This document shows positions 1 through 7,266 of a stretch of DNA of 37,676 bases, one piece after another (the stretch's first letter is position 1; each line of letters begins with the position of its first letter). Below the pieces are notes generated by a model. The model saw nothing but the letters and a program-made list of their open reading frames with translations. It did not search any database and was not told the DNA's origin. Source of the stretch: Spirogloea muscicola (taxonomy: Eukaryota); contig WELB01000003.1 of NCBI GenBank assembly GCA_009602725.1, positions 31,472 through 69,147 on the forward strand, read 5' to 3'. A program made the translations under genes and the position numbers.

Positions 1-239
1 CGCGCAGGACGCGCTCTGGCCGCGGCCTCCGGGTCTCGGCGGAGTGCCTCCTTCCCTGCCTCGAGCTACTCGGACCTGATGTTGCTCACTCGCGGGTACT
101 GAGCTTCCCTAGTATGTTGTCGTGATTGGTAGAGTAGAGGAGTCCTTCCTCGGCTTCTCATTCTTCGGCTTTGGACATTGTCCATTCTTTTTGGGCTGGC
201 TTTGCCAGCCCCTCTTTCTTTATGGGCGAGCCTTCTTCT
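1..239 (+). mobile_element. CRE-like non-LTR retrotransposon, 3' end of copy A (diverged subfamily; continues left of the window)
   Basis: Frame 1 reads RAGRALAAASGSRRSASFPASSYSDLMLLTRGY* (stop 100-102), homologous to the C-terminus of the other copies (RAGRALAAASGSGQ...SISDLRLLSRGY*). 3' UTR has hairpin GGGCTGGC-TTT-GCCAGCCC (193-211) and ends GGGCGAGCCTTCTTCT. Confidence 0.8.
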
Positions 240-473
240 AGAGTGGGGGCGAGGCCGTTATCCACGGGGTTCGTGCGACCTTAGACCAGCACCCAGGGTG
301 GCTGGTGCTGGCCTTTGACGTGAAGAATGCCTTCAACACTCTGGACCGCGCCAGTATTGCGGAGGAGCTCCGGGCATGGTTCCCCTCCCTGGTACCCTTT
401 TTCCGCTCGGGGTACGGTCAGCCCGGCGACCTCCTCTAGCGGACGGGGTGATCAAGTGGAGGTCCTGCAGTCC

Positions 474-1054
474 TGCAGGCTGGCTTCTCCGTGTCAGCGG
501 AGCACTCCGGCATCATGCCGATCCAGGAAAGGGCCGACGGTCTCCAATGTGCCACCAAGGCTGGGTATGCGGTCGCCTGCGCTGCGCGGGCTAAAGAGCT
601 GAAGTACGCAAATCATCCGCGGGTAGACGAGTTCTTCCCGTTGGCCATTGATACCCATGAGGCGCTGGGCGCTCGGTGGCTCGAGCTGCTCACCCAGCTC
701 GCCCGCCACACCATCGCCCGTCGCTTCCATGGGGAGCCGGTAGACTTTCCTGCAGCCGGGTCGCTGGCGCAAGTGCATCGATTGCGCCTGGCCGTCTCGC
801 TGCAGAGGTCTATAGCCCGGGAGATGCACCTTCGTGCCGGCAGAGCCCTCGCTGCTGCCTCTGGCTCTGGCCAGAGGACCCACTTCAACGAGCCTAGCAT
901 CTCCGACCTGCGGCTGCTTAGCAGAGGTTACTGAGTGATTCGTAGCTGCTTTGTTTCTGTATCTTAGCGCTTCCCCTGGCCCCCTTCTCGTACTCTGTTC
1001 ATTCTTTTTCGGGCTGGTTTTTCCAGCCCCTATTCTCAATGGGCGAGCACTTTC
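474..1054 (+). mobile_element. 5'-truncated, internally deleted CRE-like copy C inserted in the RT region of copy B
   Basis: Encodes only the RLE C-terminus (AKELKY, FFPLAIDTH, ...LLSRGY*, stop 932-934) plus the 3' UTR hairpin (1011-1029). Flanked by TCCTGCAGTCC (463-473) and TCCTGCACTCC (1055-1065), a putative 11-bp TSD with 1 mismatch. Lacks about 100 bp (RVDLV-LDVVTT segment) present in copies B and D. Confidence 0.8.
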
Positions 1055-2438
1055 TCCTGCACTCCCAAGCGGGCACGCGACAAGGGGACCCCCTCGCCGG
1101 CTTCTTTTTTGCGCTCGCTCACCACCGGGCTCTGCAGACTAGACTACCGCGGCAGCACACCCAGGAGTCCTACTCCCCACCTTCGCGGACGACACCACCA
1201 TAGTCGACCCTCCGGAAGATGTGGCGGCGGCCTTCGTCACCTTTGAGCTGCAGCTGGCCACCCTCGGCCTGTCCAACCAGGCGTCGAAGTGCGCAGCTTG
1301 GTCTCCCTGCGGCCTCCCACCCACCCTGACGCTGCCCACCGGCTGCCAGACTCCAGCAGATGGCTTCGCCCTGCTGGGGGTCCCCATCGGCGCGCCGTCC
1401 TTCGTGGAGGGGCAGCTGCGAGCCCGCCTTGCGGAGCATCTTCAGCCTGCGGCCCGGCTTCCCGAGCTGGACGATATGCAGCTGTCGTTGGCCATGTTGA
1501 CCAAGGCCACAGGGCAGCGGCCCCAGTACTTGACGCGGGCCACTCCGCCGCCCCCAGGGGCGTTGGCGGCGTACGCGGATTTTGACGCAGGCATGGTGGC
1601 GAGCTTGGCGGCCCTGGTCCGCCACCAGGGCTTCCTCCAGTCGCCAGCCGCTATCCACCAGGCGGCGCTACCCCTCAGCCACGGTGGTCTCGGCCTGCGT
1701 CCGCTCGCCCGTTCTTGCCGGGCTGCATACCTCGGCAGCTGGGCGCGCAGACTGCCGCCTCCATGGCCCAGCGCTTCATGGTCCACGGCCGGCGTGCACT
1801 GGAGCAGGCGGTGGTGGAGGTCGACGTGCGCGCGCTGCCGTTCCAGGTGTCGCTTCGCTCTGCCCACCAGGAGCTGCTCGCGGCGCACCCGGACCTCGCA
1901 GGCCAGGCGGTCTCCTTTGTGCACCTCGCGCACACCGCTGACCTGCGCGTCCAAGCGCGCTTCGCGGCCGTGGTCGACAAGGCCGCCTACACCACCGCCG
2001 TGCTGCAGCTCCCTCGAGGCCGACTTGCGCGGGCGCGCGAGACTTCAATCGGCCTCCTCCCCGGGGGCAGCGGCGTGGCTTCAGGCCCTCCCCATCAATG
2101 ACGCCCTCACTCTCCCCGATGAGGTATTTCGCACTGCCGTCCACCGGCTCCTGGGATTGCCACCTCCATGTCTCCAGGGCGTGCGTCAGTGTGTATGCAG
2201 CGAGCGAGGGGCCGAGTCTGGGGAGCTGGCCGCTCATGTTCTGCGCTGCGCCCACGGCGGCGAGCGGACAGCGGCCCACAACCGCCTCCGCAATGCGATG
2301 CATGGCATCCTGGTGGAGGCTGGCTTCTCGGTGGCAGCGGAGCACTCCGGCGTCATGCCGCTCCAGGAAAGGGCCAACGGTCTCCACGCCCGTCACGTAG
2401 ACCTGGTGGCCACCCCACAGGCCGGCGGGCCACGTTTT

Positions 2439-2853
2439 TGTTGGAAAGAGAGTGTTCTTCGTAAACTCTTGACTGCTAGCTGCATATGGTCTAAGTCTAG
2501 CTGTTTTGTGTGGAGCTGCGCTGTAGCGCCTTGGTATGCTCATCACGGACAGCGGTAGACGAGGTCTAGGGTTTTTGACCGAGGAGTGGGTGGATGGCAT
2601 GGGTCCCACACCCTGGTTGCCAGGTCAGCGGCTTATCTGCCGGACTGGCTGACCAGCTCAGCCTCCCCGCGATTTCCTGCGGGTCGGGCCGGGGTTATAA
2701 GACGCTGGAGGGCAGGCAGCCCTGTGCTCTTCTCAATACCTTCGGGCCCTCCTAGTCCGGTCGCTCCCCAGTCGCCGCCGCCGCCGCTGCCGCCGCCGCC
2801 GCTGTCGCAGCCGCCGTCGTCTCCAAGGCCATGGCGGGCGCTGCATTTCTACA
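2439..2853 (+). repeat. 5' LTR (415 bp)
   Basis: TGTTGGAAAG...TTTCTACA. Direct repeat of 4060-4468 with about 15 substitutions and 2 indels by manual count. TATAA at 2696-2700. Confidence 0.93.
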
Positions 2854-2864
2854 TGGTATCAGAG
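2854..2864 (+). promoter_or_regulatory. Primer-binding site, tRNA-iMet type
   Basis: TGGTATCAGAG directly after the 5' LTR; the canonical plant Copia PBS is TGGTATCAGAGC. Confidence 0.9.
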
Positions 2865-2866
2865 GA

Positions 2867-3607
2867 ATGGTGGGCGGCACCGAAAAGTTCCAGGGGCAGG
2901 ACTGTCGGACATGGAGATGCAAGGTGGAGGTGACGCTGCAGGCGTGTTGCCTGTGGGGCGTCATCTCGGAGGAGTTGCCCGGGCCGGAGGCAGTCGTCAA
3001 AGCTCGCCAGGACTGGGAGGAGCGGGACGCTGTCGTCTTGGTGTACCTGGACCAGTACCACCTGACGCAAGTCTTGCCAACTGCAAGCGGTGCGCAAGCG
3101 TGGAGGAAGCTGGTGGGCCAGGAGCAGGAAAGCCAGCCCAAAACGCTGGTGCTGCAGGTGGGCCAGGAGCAGGAGAGCCAGCCCAAAATGCTGGTGCTGC
3201 AGGTGGGCCACGAACAGGAAAGCCAGCCCAAAACGCTGGTGCTGCAGGTGGGCCAGGAGCAGGAGAGCCAGCCCAAAACGCTGGTGCCGCAGGTGGGCCA
3301 GGAGCAGGAGAGCCAGCCCAAAACGCTGGTGCTGCAGGTGGGCCAGGAGCAGGAGAGCCAGCCCCAAACGCTGGTGCTGCAGGTGGGCCACGAGCAGGAG
3401 AGCCAATTCAAAACGCTACAGAAGCAGGCTGAGAACAGTGTGGTGACCAAGGACAAGGTCATCTGGCATTGCTGTAGACAGCCTGGGCATCGGAAGGCGC
3501 AGTGTCCTCTGCGATTGGCGGTGCAGCGGTCAGGGAAGCAGCGGCAACAAAGGACGCAGGAGTCAGGCAGTACTGCACTGGCAATTTACCATGCTGAAGC
3601 GCTGTAG
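2867..3607 (+). CDS. Copia Gag-like ORF with a 15-aa tandem repeat and a degenerate zinc knuckle (alternative in-frame ATG at 2831)
   Basis: N-terminus EKFQGQDCRTWRCKVEVTLQACCLWGVI resembles the Copia Gag N-terminal pattern. WHCCRQPGHRKAQC is a CX2CX4HX4C knuckle with the first Cys replaced by Trp. Frame is open throughout. Confidence 0.7.
   Translation: MVGGTEKFQGQDCRTWRCKVEVTLQACCLWGVISEELPGPEAVVKARQDWEERDAVVLVYLDQYHLTQVLPTASGAQAWRKLVGQEQESQPKTLVLQVGQEQESQPKMLVLQVGHEQESQPKTLVLQVGQEQESQPKTLVPQVGQEQESQPKTLVLQVGQEQESQPQTLVLQVGHEQESQFKTLQKQAENSVVTKDKVIWHCCRQPGHRKAQCPLRLAVQRSGKQRQQRTQESGSTALAIYHAEAL
3113..3417 (+). repeat. 45-bp tandem repeat, 6 full units plus 1 partial (VGQEQESQPKTLVLQ)
   Basis: Unit GTGGGCCAGGAGCAGGAGAGCCAGCCCAAAACGCTGGTGCTGCAG repeated with few substitutions, in frame within the gag-like ORF. 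Confidence 0.95.
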
Positions 3608-3716
3608 TGCAGGACCGGCCGGAGTCGGTGGTCTGTCTCAACAGGGTCTACTTGGATGTGTCGTGGTGTTGACCAATTCCCTGGGAGCACAGGACAGCAG
3701 TATCGCTGAAGAGGCG

Positions 3717-3985
3717 ATTGGCTGCGGCTGCAAGTGGGTGTACCAGGTCAGGTACTCTGCGGAGCAGTGGGTGCTGAGGAATCAGCAGTTGTGCAGAAGG
3801 ATCGGCTGCAAGTGGATGTACCAAGTCAGGTACTCTGCGCAGTGAGAGCTGAAGTATCAGCAGTTGTGCAGAAGGATCGACTGCAAGTGGGTGGACAAAG
3901 TCCAGTATCCTGCGGAGCAGTGGGAGCTGATGGATCAGCTGGAGTGCAAGAAGGTGATTGACTACAAGCTGGTGTACAATGTCAA
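3717..3985 (+). repeat. ~75-80-bp tandem repeat (about 3.5 units) derived from the Copia RT N-terminal motif
   Basis: Units translate as GCKWVYQVRYSAEQWVL, IGCKWMYQVRYSAQ*, IDCKWVDKVQYPAEQWELMDQLECKKV and IDYKLVYNV, resembling Copia WELVxLPxGKKAIGCKWVYK. Confidence 0.8.
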
Positions 3986-4049
3986 CTTGTTGTCAAGGTG
4001 TTCTGACAGGTCGAGAAGATTGACTTGGTTTGCTAGACCCATACTGGCT

Positions 4050-4059
4050 AGAGTGGGAG
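4050..4059 (+). promoter_or_regulatory. Polypurine tract of the LTR element
   Basis: AGAGTGGGAG immediately before the TG of the 3' LTR. Confidence 0.75.
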
Positions 4060-4468
4060 TGTTGGAAAGAGTGTTCTTTGTAAACTCTTGACTGCTAGCT
4101 GCATATGGTCTAGGTCTAGCTGTTTTGTGTGGAGCTGCGCTGTAGCGCCTTGGTATGCTCATCACGGACAGCGGTAGACGAGGTCTAGGGTTTCTGACCT
4201 AGGAGTAGGTGGATGGCATGGGTCCCACACCCTGGTTGCCGGGTGGCTCATCTGCCGGACTGGCCGACCAGCTCAGCCTCCCCGCGATTTCCTGCGGGTC
4301 GGGCCGGGGTCACAAGACGCTGGAGGGCAGGCAGCCCTGTGCTCTTCTCAACACCTTCGGGCCCTCCTAGTCCGGTCGCTCCCCAGTCGCCGCCGCCGCC
4401 GCTGCCGCCGCCGCCGCTGTCGCAGCCGCCGTCGTCGCCAAGGCCATGGCGGGCGCTGCATAATTACA
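4060..4468 (+). repeat. 3' LTR (409 bp)
   Basis: TGTTGGAAAG...TAATTACA followed by TSD GTTTT. Confidence 0.93.
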
Positions 4469-5055
4469 GTTTTATCCTGGACGTGGTGACCACCGACGCA
4501 TACGACCGCTCACACCCAGCCCAATGTGCCACCAAGGTTGGGTATGCGGTCGCCTGCGCCGCTCGGGCTAAAGAGCTCAAGTACGCCGAACTCGTCTTCC
4601 GCGGGAAGACGAGTTCTTCCCGTGGGCAATTGACACCCCTGGGGTGCTGAGCGCTCGGTGGCTCGAGCTGCTCACCCAGCTCGCCCGCCACACCATCGTC
4701 CGTCGCTTCCATGGGGAGCTGGTAGACTTTCCTGCAGCCGGATCGCTGGCGCAAGTGTATCGTATGCGCCTGGCTGTCTCGCTGCAGAGGTCTATGGCCC
4801 GCGCGCTGCACCTTTGTGCCGGCAGAGCCCTCCCTGCTGCCTCTGGCTCTGGCCAGGGGACCCACTTCCAGGAGCCTAGCATCTCTGATCTGCGGCTGCT
4901 TAGCAGGGGTTACTGAGTGATTCGTAGCTGCTTTGTTTCTTTTCGTGCTTGTTTTTCTTAGCGCTTCCCCCGGCGCCCTTCTCGTACTCTGTTCATTCTT
5001 TTTTGGGTTGGCTTTTCCAGCCCCTATCCTCAATGGGCGAGCACTTCCTTCTTCT

Positions 5056-6324
5056 GGAAGCGCTAAGAAAACAAGCACACAAAGAAACAAAGCAGCTACG
5101 AATCACTCAGTAACCCCTGCTAGGCAGCCGCAGATCAGAGATGCTAGGCTCCTGGAAATGGGTCCCCTGGCCAGAGCCAGAGGCAGCAGCGAGGGCTCTG
5201 CCGGCACAAAGGTGCAGCGCGCGGGCCATAGACCTCTGCAGCGAGACGGCTAGGCGCATACGATACACTTGCGTCAGCAACCCGGCTGCTGGAAAGGCTA
5301 CCGGCTCCCCATGGAAGCAACGGGCGATGGTGTGGCGGGCGAGCTGGGTGAGCAGCTCGAGCCACCGAGCGCCCAGCGCCCCATGGGTGTCACTTGCCAA
5401 CGGGAAGAACTCGTCTTCCCACGGATGGTCGGCGTACTTGAGCTCTTTAGCCCGAGCGGCGCAGGCGACCGCATTCCCAACCTTGGTGGCACATTGGGCT
5501 GGGTGTGAGCGGTCGTATGCGTCGGTGGTCACCACGTCCAGGAGAAGACGTGGCCCGCCGGCCTGTGGGGTGGCCACCAGGTCTACGCGACGGGCGTGGA
5601 GACCGTTGGCCCTTTCCTGGAGCGGCATGACGCCGGAGTGATCCGCTGCCACAGAGAAGAAGAGCTCGCCCATAGAGAAGAGGGGCTGGCAAAGCCCCTC
5701 TTCTCTAGAAGCCAGCCTCCACCAGTATGCCATGCATCGCACCGCGGAGGCGGTCGTGGGCCGCTGTCCGCTCGCCGCCGCGGGCGCAGCGCAGAACATG
5801 AGCGGCCAGCTCCCCAGACTCGGCCCCTCGCTCGCCGCATACACACTGACGCACGCCCTGGAGACACGGAGGCGGCAGTCCCAGAAGCCGGTGGACGGCA
5901 GTGCGAAATACCTCATCGGGGAGAGTGAGGGCGTCATTTATGGGGAGGGCCTGAAGCCACGCCGCTGCCCCCGGGGAGGAGGCTGATTGAAGTCTCGCGC
6001 GCCTGCGCAAGTCGGCCTCGGGGAGCTGCAGCACGGCGGTGGTGTAGGCGGCCTTGTCGACCACGGCCGCGAAGCGCGCTTGGACGCGCAGGTCAGCGGT
6101 GTGCGCGAGGTGCGCAAAGGAGACCGCCTGGCCTGCCAGGTCCGCGTGCGCCGCGAGCAGCTCCTGGTGGGCGGAGCGAAGCGACACCTGGAACGGCAGC
6201 GCGCCCATGTCGACCTCCACGACCGCCTGTTGCAGTGCACGCCGGCCGTGGACCATGAAGCGCTGGGCCACGGAGGCGGCAGTCTGCGCCCAGCTGCCGA
6301 GGTATGCAGTCCGGCAAGAACGGA
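5056..6324 (-). mobile_element. CRE-like copy D, inverted, 5'-truncated, 3' UTR cut at the tail of copy B
   Basis: Reverse complement of the copy B region from ~1710 onward. ORFs 5705-6376 and 5107-5937 give AYLGSW, CVC..H..C, RVDLV, LLLDVVTT, AKELKY, FFPLASDTHGALG, ...SRGY*. The UTR stops at ...CTTAGCGCTTCC (5056). Confidence 0.88.
5655..5707 (-). mobile_element. ~50-bp CRE-like 3'-terminal fragment (copy E) with fold-back 5' end, inserted in copy D
   Basis: Minus strand AGAGAAGAGGGGCTTTGCCAGCCCCTCTTCTCTATGGGCGAGCTCTTCTTCT matches the copy A-type 3' terminus and interrupts GGCTTCT/CTGTGGCAGCG. Perfect 15-bp stem at 5673-5687 / 5693-5707. Confidence 0.75.
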
Positions 6325-6512
6325 CGTACCGGAAGAGTCTTCCTTTCTTTAGTGATCCGTAGCTGCTTTGTTTCATTGGGCCTGGCCTCTCACAGCCATT
6401 ACAGTCACGTTATTGCCATTACTTTGGGATGGCCCATTCACAGCGCATTGCCCCCTTTAACACACGTTTCCTTTTATAGAGCTTCTTTAGGCTGGTAGCT
6501 TCTGCAACTGAC

Positions 6513-6902
6513 CAGCTTCAAAGCGCCAGGGGCAGCTGGCAGCGACTCGCCCGCCGCCCTGACGAAAAGCTCCGGCTGGGAAAGCAAGTTGTGCAGGGCC
6601 TCAAAGAGGTACTGTGGCTGTGAAGGCCGGCCCATAAGGTAAGCTGGGGAAACTGCCCGAGGCAGCGGCAAGTAACCGTGTAAGCAATCGAGAGCGGGCG
6701 TTTCCTGCAGCAAGCTGAAGCAGGCATGAATATAACACGTGAGGCAACCTAAATGATTGGCAAATCAGCAGTGCCGGAGAGCTAGAGCCCTGTGTAACAC
6801 AAGCACGCACTCAATGCCCACAACGTTGTCGCTCCTCACCTTGTCAACGTGCTCAATAACAGACACTGGCTCGCGCCTTGCAATCAAAAGGCATGAGAGC
6901 AT
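6513..6902 (-). other. Candidate two-exon coding fragment of unknown product
   Basis: Open segments 6902-6840 and 6704-6513 are joined in phase by GTGAGG...CAG and followed by a GTCAGT donor. No recognised homology. Confidence 0.3.
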
Positions 6903-7266
6903 TGGCCGGTGTACTTTTCAGGCTGGATACCAGGCTGATACACTCTGGCGCACCCTAGAGCTACTTCAAAAGTACGTGCAAGGCAGCCCTTTCAATCAAG
7001 GGATGCCAAGTGCGCATGCTATTGGAAGCAGTGCCAATACGTTGGGGGCCTGGCAGAGTGCCTGCGCGCCTGCCTGCTTGATGGGAGTCCCCTGTGGTTA
7101 CAAGCGACTACAAAAGAATGAAGGTATTGCCATATCTAGCGTTGAGGGAAGACTCTGTGGCCTAGATGTTTTCAAGCAAGAAGCTTATGCCCTGGGGTCC
7201 AGAGCAGCGTGAACTCCAAATTGCGTCTTCTAAAGCGTCTGCGAGTCACACAGAGAGGTGAGCTAG

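Larger units (their letters stand above)
2439..4468 (+). mobile_element. Non-autonomous Ty1/Copia-like LTR retrotransposon (2030 bp)
   Basis: Two TG...CA LTRs, 5-bp TSD GTTTT (2434-2438 and 4469-4473), PBS, PPT, gag-like ORF and Copia RT remnants. Removing it restores the host reading GGPRF/ILDVVTT (copy D reads GGPRLLLDVVTT). Confidence 0.93.
241..5055 (+). mobile_element. CRE-like (RLE-type) non-LTR retrotransposon copy B, decayed; interrupted by copy C (474-1054) and an LTR element (2439-4468)
   Basis: RT motifs GGEAVIH...FDVKNAFN (314-337), GTRQGDPL (QGDPL at 1081-1095), FADD (1182-1193), LLGVPIG and LPLSHGGLG. Zinc finger CVC-x12-H-x3-C followed by AHNRLR (~2190-2290). RLE motifs HVDLV / ILDVVTT / AKELKY. 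Stop near 4916, 3' hairpin 5005-5023, tail CTTCCTTCTTCT. Contains stops and frameshifts. Clade assigned from motif pattern only. Confidence 0.85.

Noticed and set aside
1221..2558. Intact 445-aa retrotransposon protein
   Set aside because: It is a frameshifted chimera: part is off-frame relative to copy D and the end reads into the LTR.
3113..3417. CRISPR-like array
   Set aside because: Contiguous tandem units without unique spacers, in frame within a gag-like ORF, in a eukaryotic context with no cas genes.
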